Position numbers and translations under genes: made by a program. From Gammaproteobacteria bacterium (GTDB lineage Bacteria; Pseudomonadota; Gammaproteobacteria; Natronospirales; REEB76): a DNA stretch of 64,000 nt. The DNA is taken from NCBI GenBank assembly GCA_035279405.1, contig DATEHU010000026.1, positions 386,147 through 450,146 on the forward strand. The letters are read 5' to 3'. Within the stretch, counting starts at the first letter, position 1. Each line of letters begins with the position of its first letter. The notes beneath the pieces are model-generated. The model was given only the letters and a program-made list of their open reading frames with translations, was not told the origin of the DNA and searched no databases. Shown in pieces: positions 55,931 to 63,783 of this stretch.

Positions 55931-57180
55931 CGGTCCACCTCGCCGAACACCAGATCCTGGGTGCCGATGATGGCCACCAGATCCTGCAGCATGTGGCCAC
56001 GCACCATCTCGTCCAGCGCCGCAAGATGCGCAAACCCGGCGGCGCGGATTTTCACGCGGAACGGTTTGTTGGCGCCGTCGGAAATCATGTAGATGCCGAA
56101 TTCGCCTTTGGGGTGCTCGATGGCTACATACGCCTCGCCTTCCGGCACGCAGTAGCCTTCGGTCATGTACTTGAAGTGGTGGATCAGGGATTCCATGTCG
56201 GATTTCATCTCTTCGCGCAGCGGCGGCGTGACCTTGTGATCCTCCAGCCACACGGGTCCGGGGTTGGCCCGCAGCCACTGGATGCACTGTTGCACGATGC
56301 GGTTCGACTGGCGCATTTCCTCGATACGCACCAGATAACGGTCGTAGCAATCGCCGTTCACGCCCACGGGGATGTCGAAATCCATCCGGTCGTAAACCGC
56401 GTAGGGCTGCTTCCGGCGCAAATCCCACTCGATGCCCGAGCCGCGCAGCATCGGTCCGGAAAATCCGAGCTGCAGCGCGCGCTCCGGTGAGACCACGCCG
56501 ATGCCGACGGTGCGCTGCTTCCAGATGCGGTTGTCGGTGAGCAGCGTCTCGTACTCGTCCACCAGTTTGGGAAAGCGCCGCGTGAAGTCCTCGATGAAAT
56601 CCAGCAGCGAGCCCTCGCGTGGCCGGTTCATGCGGCGCATGTCCCCCTGGCTGCGGAAGCGCGACTTCTGGTATTGCGGCATGTAATCGGGGAGATCGCG
56701 ATACACGCCACCGGGGCGGTAGTAAAAGGCATGCATGCGCGCCCCCGACACCGCCTCGTACATGTCCATGATGTCTTCGCGCTCACGGAAGCAATACAGG
56801 AACACCGTGAGCGCGCCGATATCCATGGCGTGCGATCCCAGCCACAGCAGGTGATTGGTGATGCGCGTCAGTTCGTCGTACAGGGTGCGGATGTATTGCG
56901 CGCGCACCGGCGGCTCGATGCCCATGAGCTTCTCGATGGCGAGCACGTAGGCGTGCTCGTTGCACATCATGGACACGTAATCCAGCCGGTCCATATAGCC
57001 GATGCTCTGGTGGTAGATCTTGCTTTCCATGAGTTTTTCGGTGGCGCGGTGCAACAGCCCGATGTGCGGGTCCGCCTTGGTGACCACTTCGCCGTCCATC
57101 TCCAGGATCAGGCGCAGCACGCCGTGCGCGGACGGATGCTGCGGTCCGAAGTTCATGGTGTAGTTGCGGATCTCAGGCAT
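55927..57180 (-). CDS. nuoD: NADH-quinone oxidoreductase subunit D
   Basis: Start trimmed to [24 protein letters not shown] (M14). 417 aa. Confidence 0.95.
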   Translation of the reverse strand: MPEIRNYTMNFGPQHPSAHGVLRLILEMDGEVVTKADPHIGLLHRATEKLMESKIYHQSIGYMDRLDYVSMMCNEHAYVLAIEKLMGIEPPVRAQYIRTLYDELTRITNHLLWLGSHAMDIGALTVFLYCFREREDIMDMYEAVSGARMHAFYYRPGGVYRDLPDYMPQYQKSRFRSQGDMRRMNRPREGSLLDFIEDFTRRFPKLVDEYETLLTDNRIWKQRTVGIGVVSPERALQLGFSGPMLRGSGIEWDLRRKQPYAVYDRMDFDIPVGVNGDCYDRYLVRIEEMRQSNRIVQQCIQWLRANPGPVWLEDHKVTPPLREEMKSDMESLIHHFKYMTEGYCVPEGEAYVAIEHPKGEFGIYMISDGANKPFRVKIRAAGFAHLAALDEMVRGHMLQDLVAIIGTQDLVFGEVDR

Positions 57181-57865
57181 CTTTCGGCAAATCCTTGAAC
57201 GCTGGCACGTAGCGCGCATCCTGCCGGATCACGCGCGGCACCAGCACGCGGCGGTCAATGACCACCGGCTCGTACACCACGCGCTTTTTCTCCGGGTCAT
57301 AGCGCACTTCGACATTGCCGGAAAGCGGGAAATCCTTGCGGAACGGATGGCCCACGAAACCATAATCGGTGAGAATGCGACGCAGATCGGGATGCCCGTT
57401 GAACAGGATGCCGAAAAAGTCGAAGGCTTCACGTTCGAACCAGTTGGCCGAAGCCCAGATGTCGGTGACCGAGTCCATCATGGGCGGGTCGTCCGGACAA
57501 TAGGCGCGCAGCCGCAGGCGCTGGTTGTGCCGGATCGAGAGCAGGTGATAAACTACGGCAAAGCGCGGAGTTTTGCGCGCCTCGATGTCCCAGGTCCGGC
57601 GGTTGGCGCCGCGTGCAAATCCGGTGGCCGTGGCGTGCTGCGTGAGCCACTCATCCTCGCCGTAACCGAGGTAATCCACCCCGCATACATCCATGAGCTG
57701 TTCGAACTGGAACGGCTCCTCGTCGCGCAACGCCCGGCAGATATCGCGCACATCGGCCGCGGGCAATTCGCAGGTCAACTGGTCCACGCTCGACGGCACC
57801 TGCGTCAGCTTCTTCCCGAAGCGCGCTTCGAGTGCGCCGGCGAGTTTGTCGGTGGCCATGCTCAT
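57173..57865 (-). CDS. nuoC: NADH-quinone oxidoreductase subunit C
   Basis: 230 aa, 30-kDa subunit family ([26 protein letters not shown]). Confidence 0.93.
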   Translation of the reverse strand: MSMATDKLAGALEARFGKKLTQVPSSVDQLTCELPAADVRDICRALRDEEPFQFEQLMDVCGVDYLGYGEDEWLTQHATATGFARGANRRTWDIEARKTPRFAVVYHLLSIRHNQRLRLRAYCPDDPPMMDSVTDIWASANWFEREAFDFFGILFNGHPDLRRILTDYGFVGHPFRKDFPLSGNVEVRYDPEKKRVVYEPVVIDRRVLVPRVIRQDARYVPAFKDLPKDA

Positions 57866-57877
57866 GAATTCATCCGG

Positions 57878-58357
57878 CTAACGCGCAATCGTGTTGGTGC
57901 GCTTGATCTTCTTCTGCAGCTGAATGATGCCGTACAGAAGCTGCTCGGCGCTCGGCGGGCAGCCGGGGACGTACACGTCCACCGGCACGATGCGGTCGCA
58001 ACCGCGCACCACCGCATAGGAATAGTGATAGTAGCCGCCGCCGTTGGCGCACGAGCCCATGGAAATCACCCAGCGCGGCTCGGGCATCTGGTCGTACACC
58101 TTGCGCAGCGGCGGCGCCATCTTGTTGACCAGCGTGCCGGCCACGATCATCACGTCGGATTGGCGCGGACTGGGACGGAAGATCACGCCAAAGCGGTCCA
58201 GGTCGTAACGCGCGGCGCCCGCGTGCATCATTTCCACGGCGCAGCACGCCAGGCCGAAGGTCATGGGCCAGAGCGACCCGGTGCGCGCCCAGTTGACCAC
58301 CGCATCCACACTGGTGGTGACGAAACCGCCCTGCTCGCTGCGCGGCCCTACTCCCAT
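57878..58357 (-). CDS. nuoB: NADH-quinone oxidoreductase subunit B
   Basis: Start trimmed to [15 protein letters not shown] (M74). Cluster N2 ligands [20 protein letters not shown] and VPGCPP. 159 aa. Confidence 0.93.
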   Translation of the reverse strand: MGVGPRSEQGGFVTTSVDAVVNWARTGSLWPMTFGLACCAVEMMHAGAARYDLDRFGVIFRPSPRQSDVMIVAGTLVNKMAPPLRKVYDQMPEPRWVISMGSCANGGGYYHYSYAVVRGCDRIVPVDVYVPGCPPSAEQLLYGIIQLQKKIKRTNTIAR

Positions 58358-58716
58358 TCCAGCGCTCCCTTCTTCCACTCGTAGATAAAGCCGACCACCA
58401 GAATGCCGAGGAAGATCATCATGGCGTAGAAGCCGAACAGGTCCATGCCGTGCAGCGTCACTGCCCAGGGAAACAGGAAGGCGATTTCGAGATCGAAGAT
58501 GATGAACAGGATCGCGACCAGGTAGTAGCGCACGTCGAATTTTGCGCGGCTGTCCGCGAAAGGCTCGAAGCCGCACTCGTAAGGAGAGTCTTTCTCGCTG
58601 TCGGGGCGGCGATTGCGCAACAACGTGCTGGCCACGAACCCGGCGCCCACCAGCACGCAGCCAAAAAGGCCGCCCAGGATCAGGAACAGCAAGATGGGAA
58701 CGTAATTCTGGAGCAT
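58348..58716 (-). CDS. nuoA: NADH-quinone oxidoreductase subunit A
   Basis: 122 aa, 3 TM helices, YECGFEPF motif. GGTAGGAGAG SD upstream. Confidence 0.93.
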   Translation of the reverse strand: MLQNYVPILLFLILGGLFGCVLVGAGFVASTLLRNRRPDSEKDSPYECGFEPFADSRAKFDVRYYLVAILFIIFDLEIAFLFPWAVTLHGMDLFGFYAMMIFLGILVVGFIYEWKKGALEWE

Positions 58717-58772
58717 GCTCTCCTACCGGATACTGCGGCGATCCCCCTGCACAACCGGTCGCCGCGAGGGGC

Positions 58773-58857
58773 TGGTGCCGACGGGGAGACTCGAACTCCC
58801 ACGGTTTTACCCACTACCACCTCAAAGTAGCGTGTCTACCAATTCCACCACGTCGGC
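58773..58857 (-). tRNA. leuU: tRNA-Leu (GAG)
   Basis: Minus strand: GCCGACGTGGTGGAATTGGTAGACACGCTACTTTGAGGTGGTAGTGGGTAAAACCGTGGGAGTTCGAGTCTCCCCGTCGGCACCA. Anticodon loop TTGAGGT, long variable arm. It lies downstream of secG, as E. coli secG-leuU does. Confidence 0.9.
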
Positions 58858-58952
58858 AATGTGGGTTGCAGGTACCGGCGCGTTTGCCAGTCGTCCACAG
58901 AGGCAGGCAATTTTAACGTATCGCAACGCCAAAAGGCGATGCGCGGGTCACG

Positions 58953-59348
58953 TCATCGACCGCCGGGAGGTTTGGCCGGCGGCTTGGTCACGGCTGCGGG
59001 CGGCCCGGAAGCCCCCGAAGATGGCTTGGCTATCGGCGGTTGCTGTACGGCCGGCTGTGAAGTTGCGGCCTGCTGCTGCGCGGCACGCTCCACGACGCTT
59101 TGCGGCGTCGCGGTGGTGTGATGCGACAGGTACGCCATGGCCAAAGCCAGGATGAAAAACGCCGTGGCCAGGATGGCCGTGGCGTGGCTGAGAAAATTGG
59201 CCGAGCCGCCCGCGCCGAATACCGTGCCGGAGGAACCGCTGCCGAACGCGGCGCCCGCATCCGCACCCTTGCCCTGCTGCAGCAGAATCAATGCAATCAG
59301 GGCCACCGCGACGAACACCAGGATGATTTCAAGGATCGTGTACAGCAT
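58953..59348 (-). CDS. secG: preprotein translocase subunit SecG (Pro/Ala/Gln-rich C-terminal tail)
   Basis: MLYTILEIILVFVAVALIALILLQQGKGADAGAAFGSG is a typical SecG N-terminus. 131 aa. Confidence 0.9.
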   Translation of the reverse strand: MLYTILEIILVFVAVALIALILLQQGKGADAGAAFGSGSSGTVFGAGGSANFLSHATAILATAFFILALAMAYLSHHTTATPQSVVERAAQQQAATSQPAVQQPPIAKPSSGASGPPAAVTKPPAKPPGGR

Positions 59349-59378
59349 GCAAACACTCTGAACTATAAGGTAGATGAA

Positions 59379-60134
59379 TCAAGTTGCCGCCCGGCAGATC
59401 GCCACAAACTCGGGTGCTTCCAGAGAGGCCCCACCGGCCAGGGCGCCGTCAATGTCAGGCATGTGGAACAGGTCGCCGGCGTTGGACGACTTGACGCTGC
59501 CGCCATAGATCACGCGTAAATCCGTGGCTATTTTAGCATCATCCCGCGCGATTCTTGCCCGGATCAGCGCGTGCACCTCCTGGGCTTCGGTCGGCGTTGC
59601 CATCTTGCCCGTGCCGATGGCCCACACCGGTTCGTAGGCCACCACCGCCTTGGCAAACGCGGCAATGCCGGAGGTGGCAAGCACCGCCTCGAGCTGGCGC
59701 AACACCACGACATGAGTCTCACCCCGCTCACGTTCCGCGAGCGTTTCGCCCACACACACGATAGGTATGAGCCCGGCCGTCAGCGCCGCCGCAAACTTGC
59801 GCGCCACCAGCTCGTCGCTCTCGTTATAAAAGGTACGCCGTTCGGAATGGCCGACAATCACGTATTGGCAACCGCAGTCGCGCAGCATCCCGGCCGAAAT
59901 CTCGCCGGTGTAGGCGCCGTCGGACGCAACGTCACAGACATCCTGCGCGCCGAGGCCCACCGCAGTTCCGTGCAGGACCACCGCAACCTCGGCCAAGTGT
60001 ACGTAGGGCGGACATAGCACCACGTTCGCTCGCACATCTTTTGCCACGCCCTGAACGACCGCCCCGGCCAGGCTGCGGGCGCCCTCGCGCGTGCCATGCA
60101 TCTTCCAGTTGCCGGCTATCAGTCGTTTGCGCAT
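59379..60134 (-). CDS. tpiA: triose-phosphate isomerase
   Basis: AGNWKMHG, VGHSERR and YEPVWAIGTG motifs. Confidence 0.95.
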   Translation of the reverse strand: MRKRLIAGNWKMHGTREGARSLAGAVVQGVAKDVRANVVLCPPYVHLAEVAVVLHGTAVGLGAQDVCDVASDGAYTGEISAGMLRDCGCQYVIVGHSERRTFYNESDELVARKFAAALTAGLIPIVCVGETLAERERGETHVVVLRQLEAVLATSGIAAFAKAVVAYEPVWAIGTGKMATPTEAQEVHALIRARIARDDAKIATDLRVIYGGSVKSSNAGDLFHMPDIDGALAGGASLEAPEFVAICRAAT

Positions 60135-60233
60135 GGGATCGCGCCAGTGGCTTATGCAAAAAGGTGTGAGAGCTTAGCGGTGGATTGCGTCGGAATCAAC
60201 CTTTCGGGTGGGTTAAACGTCGGGGGCACTTAC

Positions 60234-60545
60234 CTAGGGTAAATTTACCGGGGAACCCCGCATGGCATTTGGTACTGATTGCAGGAAATAAGCCAGCAAC
60301 TCGCCGTTGGCGTTGTACGCATAGCTGTTACTGCCAAAGGTCAGCAGCCGATCCTGGTTGTCGTAGGTCGCAATCATCGCCGCGTTCACGCTCACACGGT
60401 TGTCATTCTGGTCAAAACTGCAACTCGCTATCGGATCGGGCTTCTTGGTCACGCGTCGAGGCGGCCATCCTGATCGTAGCCGTCGGTCACCAGACTTTAG
60501 CCGACCACCGTCATCTGCATCCTCCGCCCTACGACATCGTGACAG
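60234..60545 (-). pseudogene. decayed YD/RHS-repeat fragment with frameshifts and in-frame stops
   Basis: My translation finds YD repeats split over three frames: ..DADDGGRLKS / VTDGYDQDGRLDA(stop) / VTKKPDPIASCSFDQNDNRVSVNAAMIATYDNQDRLLTFGSNSYAYNANGELL. Similarity is then lost. Confidence 0.7.
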
Positions 60546-60571
60546 CAGCTTATTTCCGCAGGAGTCATAGT

Positions 60572-60895
60572 CTATTCTGTGTTTGGCGCTCCGCTGAAGC
60601 GATTACTAAGCGTTTCCAATAAACGTCGCCCATGAATCACGGCAAGGATATGCAGCCTGTCGCCTTGTATCTCGTAGATAAGACGGTAACTGTAAAGAAA
60701 TCGTTCGCGCACGTGCTCATCGTTCAGTTCTGGCACCACGCGTCCAAGCTTTGGTTGCTCGACAACCGCTTCGGCAATCGTGAAGAATTCTTGGGTTACC
60801 CGGCGGGCATGGTAGGAGGAATCGCGACTGATGTATTCGGCAATGGCAGAAACATCGTTAAGCGCTTCGTTCGACCAAATCAGTCTTGCAGCCAT
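60572..60895 (-). CDS. type II toxin, ParE/RelE family
   Basis: 107 aa with WSNEALNDVSAIAEYI.. and ..FLYSYRLIYEIQGDRLHILAVIHGRRLL, a typical ParE/RelE fold signature. 16-nt overlap with the upstream small ORF. Confidence 0.85.
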   Translation of the reverse strand: MAARLIWSNEALNDVSAIAEYISRDSSYHARRVTQEFFTIAEAVVEQPKLGRVVPELNDEHVRERFLYSYRLIYEIQGDRLHILAVIHGRRLLETLSNRFSGAPNTE

Positions 60896-61080
60896 TTTCG
60901 TAACCGCTCCTTGGCCTCTTCGTGGGTGTGGCTGTGCCCCGCCACAATGTCTGCCTGACCCCGCTTGATTTTCTCCAGCACGTACACATGATATTGAATA
61001 TCCTCCAACGTGCTGTTTTCCGGCAGATGGCCCAGGAGCTTTTCTACTTCCTGCTTGGGTGTAAGTACAGTCGCGCTCAT
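60880..61080 (-). CDS. putative cognate antitoxin
   Basis: 66 aa from MSATVLTPKQ (M17 of the listed ORF). LEDIQYHVYVLEKIKRGQADIVAGHSHTHEEAKERLRKWL resembles antitoxins found upstream of ParE-family toxins. The position and overlap also fit. Confidence 0.6.
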   Translation of the reverse strand: MSATVLTPKQEVEKLLGHLPENSTLEDIQYHVYVLEKIKRGQADIVAGHSHTHEEAKERLRKWLQD

Positions 61081-61396
61081 AACGGAATCCCTGGAAATAC
61101 TATGGTGTGATTGTAAGCCCTCCGCCATGATTTCTTCTATCGTGGCGGCGCCAGTTACTGGCAGTGATTAAGGCCAAATCGGCTAAGGCTGCGTGACTGG
61201 TAACCGCGAAGCCACCACGGTGTCCACGGCCGCGCATCACCCAACCGCCATACGTGACCCCCATGGTCGCCATAGCGTGGAGCGGCTTGCTGCATTGCGC
61301 GGGGATACGCGACCTACGGGCATTAACCAGGATTTCCATGGCGTACGGGTCCGATACAAAATAGATCTTTGGCGATTCATCTGGCAACATCCAAGT

Positions 61397-61714
61397 CTAT
61401 ATATGTGATGCAGAATCAACTCTCAGTGACCCGAACGGTTGAAACCCCGGATTGCTGTCCGAGGTGACATTGCCCCAAGCATCGTAGGTAATCTGCTCTG
61501 CGACGGCGCCGGTCGAAGCGTTCACGATCAACACCGGACTCCCGGCTTGATCGGCAACAACGCGATACTCCACTCCACCCTTCATGATGTAATCCGGCAC
61601 GTTCGGGCGGGTACCGTACACAAATTGCTCGACGACGTTGCCGGAGCCGTCAAATTCCGCCACTGGTTCCAATTGGCCATCGCATAGGAGCCACTTGGTA
61701 AACGTATCGATCAC
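61397..61714 (-). pseudogene. orphan YD/RHS core-tip fragment lacking a toxin domain
   Basis: [84 protein letters not shown] matches 76 of 84 residues of 62864-63115. It then diverges (SLRVDSASHI, stop). It begins 3 nt after the upstream immunity stop, with no SD. Confidence 0.75.
61430..61681 (-). repeat. copy B of the 252-nt RHS core-tip repeat
   Basis: Manual codon-by-codon alignment to 62864-63115 gives about 201 of 252 nt identical. Most differences are synonymous. Confidence 0.8.
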
Positions 61715-61717
61715 GTC

Positions 61718-62233
61718 TTACGCTTGCTTATTAAACTGCGGGCACTTTGACCGTAGCTCTGCTACCATTTGATCAAAGTCTTCAAATAATCCACTAATTA
61801 ACAGTCGTTTGTTACCACGTGTATGTATGATCAGTTGATTGTCTCGGTCCGAATGCCCTTTTGTCGTAATTGTGCTGATATCACGAAACTCAATCCGGTG
61901 CTCTCTGAGTCCAATATATGTTATGGATTCCTTATTTATTATTACGCGAGCTTTCCGTATGTAAATTGCCGCCACCATTGCCACCACGAAAGCGGGGCAC
62001 AAAGCAACCTCGACGGGCAGAAGGTTATCCCGCCTTGGCAGGAACAAAATCACGATAATAAGCACAGCGCAAATTAGAGAGAAAATATACAGAAACCAGT
62101 ACCACGGTGGCGGATATCTATAGGTGCTGAAACCATGCGCTTCCTTGTGATGAAACAAGCCCCCCAAAATCAATAACACAGTGATACCAACTGCAGCACC
62201 GATATATGCTATACCGACGTTCGCACCGGTCAT
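61718..62233 (-). CDS. putative immunity protein: 3-TM N-terminus plus PH-like C-terminal domain
   Basis: The ATG abuts the TAG of the upstream toxin ORF (TAGATG). Three hydrophobic helices (about aa 6-27, 44-66, 75-92), then a beta-rich tail KESITYIGLREHRIEFRDISTITTKG..LIIHTRGNKRLLISG reminiscent of bacterial PH (DUF304-like) domains. AT-rich. Confidence 0.6.
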   Translation of the reverse strand: MTGANVGIAYIGAAVGITVLLILGGLFHHKEAHGFSTYRYPPPWYWFLYIFSLICAVLIIVILFLPRRDNLLPVEVALCPAFVVAMVAAIYIRKARVIINKESITYIGLREHRIEFRDISTITTKGHSDRDNQLIIHTRGNKRLLISGLFEDFDQMVAELRSKCPQFNKQA

Positions 62234-63214
62234 CTATGGTCTCTGTGAGGAACTGTTTGCGGCTGCCGGGATCTTCCCTACCGCTGGCAAGCCTTGGCTT
62301 ACCCCAAAATTGATGTTTTCCGCTTCACGATAGAAAAATCCCGCCTGATCCTGCGCGGCTTGCTTTATTGATACCCCTGCGCCCAAGCCAGCAACTTCGC
62401 TGAATCCGCTCAGTAACCCCGCCGCCAGTACCTCTCTACCGTTCACACAGCCATAATTTGACTGCTCCCGGAGTGCTTCAATACCCGCAGTCGCAAGCCC
62501 ACGCCCAGCAATGCCAGCTCCCTCGACAAGCAGGGAACCACCGAATGTGAGGCCAGCGAGCGCACCCGTTGCCGCACCGGCGCCAAAGTCTCTGTCTAGA
62601 GCCCAACCACGATCACCGTTTAAATAGCCACTTGCGAGCTCCAACCCACCTCCTATAAGTCCGCCGACAACTGCCAATACGGGTCCACGACCATTAGCGT
62701 CGAAATCGTTGATTGGATCATCGAGCACGTATCCGTAGAGGTTACTGTCTCCACCCGCAAACAGAATCGGATCGCGGCTGATCCACCTCCCCGTCTGCGG
62801 GTCATAATCCCGCGTTCCAAAATGCACGAACCCGGTATCACGATCATACAACCCGCCCGCAAACCCAAATGGCTGAAATCCCGGATTTGAGTCGGACGTG
62901 ACATTGCCCCAAGCGTCGTAACTGATCTGCTCGGCGACGGCGCCGGTCGAGGCATTCACAATCAGCACCGGACTGCCGACCTGGTCGCTAATCACCCGAT
63001 ATTCCGCCCCGCCCTTCATGATGTAATCCGGCACGTTCGGGCGAGTGCCGTACACGAACTGCTCGACAATGTTGCCGGAGCCATCCAGCATCGCAACGGG
63101 CTCAAGCTGCCCGTCGTACAGGAAACCCTGGACCAACGTGCCGTTCACTTCCTTGCCCACCAAACGGTTCTGACCATTATAGTTGGCGTGAATGTTCTTA
63201 CTCTCCGCCGCCAC
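62234..63214 (-). CDS. orphan YD/RHS core tip fused to a glycine-zipper-rich C-terminal toxin domain
   Basis: Teneurin-like core end [77 protein letters not shown], then a 151-aa Gly/Ala-rich hydrophobic tail. No SD or ATG; the listed start is a GTG inside the core homology. Confidence 0.75.
   Translation of the reverse strand: MAAESKNIHANYNGQNRLVGKEVNGTLVQGFLYDGQLEPVAMLDGSGNIVEQFVYGTRPNVPDYIMKGGAEYRVISDQVGSPVLIVNASTGAVAEQISYDAWGNVTSDSNPGFQPFGFAGGLYDRDTGFVHFGTRDYDPQTGRWISRDPILFAGGDSNLYGYVLDDPINDFDANGRGPVLAVVGGLIGGGLELASGYLNGDRGWALDRDFGAGAATGALAGLTFGGSLLVEGAGIAGRGLATAGIEALREQSNYGCVNGREVLAAGLLSGFSEVAGLGAGVSIKQAAQDQAGFFYREAENINFGVSQGLPAVGKIPAAANSSSQRP
62864..63115 (-). repeat. copy A of the 252-nt RHS core-tip repeat
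   Basis: See copy B. Both copies are in direct orientation on the minus strand. Confidence 0.8.
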
Positions 63215-63258
63215 ATCCGTGACGACCCCCCAAGTCCCCGTAGATTCAGCCTGCGTGC

Positions 63259-63783
63259 CTAACCATCGAAGGACTGAAGATAATACTTAGTATCCTGTAG
63301 TAATTCGCGCTGGTGGATGTCCAACGAGAGACGACGACGTGTTACGCGCACGTTGTTGAAATCAATTTTTACAATATACGCTTCCGCAGCATCGCCCACC
63401 CAGAAAATGAGTGCCAATTGCTGATTTCCATTGTCCGTAACAAGCATGCCGCGATCCAGGTCGGCAAGGTCGCAAAAGACTGATCGTGGGACAAATATGT
63501 TTTTCCCGTTAACCGATATGGTAACGTTATCCACCACGCTACAAGGCACCCTACTATTTGTGCAACTTGTAAATTTAGTCGCCGTGGTGTCTATGTGACT
63601 CGGGGTTCCATTCTGAATTTCATGTGTTTTAATTGTTACAACTACATTGACATTTTTAATAGTGGTACTAATGATTGTATTACCTTTAGGAAGTATTTTA
63701 ACTGCGTCTAGGAAATTCTGTGCTTGCGCTGTTAGCGCAACGAAAAGACAAGCACCCCCTAGCGAAACCAGAGTACGCCTCAT
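63259..63783 (-). CDS. putative periplasmic immunity protein (signal peptide)
   Basis: 174 aa with [23 protein letters not shown], a Sec signal with an AQA cleavage site. ATGA overlap with the upstream toxin stop. Very AT-rich: 18 G+C in the 60 nt at 63601-63660. Confidence 0.6.
   Translation of the reverse strand: MRRTLVSLGGACLFVALTAQAQNFLDAVKILPKGNTIISTTIKNVNVVVTIKTHEIQNGTPSHIDTTATKFTSCTNSRVPCSVVDNVTISVNGKNIFVPRSVFCDLADLDRGMLVTDNGNQQLALIFWVGDAAEAYIVKIDFNNVRVTRRRLSLDIHQRELLQDTKYYLQSFDG

Noticed and set aside
55931-56428. 5' extension of the nuoE ORF, and similar extensions on nuoF 55431..55658, nuoB 58358..58576, nuoD 57181..57219, smc 26343..26435, rimP 43809..43931 and ubiG 6256..6843
   Set aside because: The extensions overlap the preceding conserved gene and lack homology. 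Conserved N-termini, SD sequences or ATGA/GTGA junctions support the shorter starts.
61193-61419. ORFs 61193..61408 (plus) and 61237..61419 (minus)
   Set aside because: They overlap each other and 61100..61390, have low-complexity products and lack start context. There is no support as genes.
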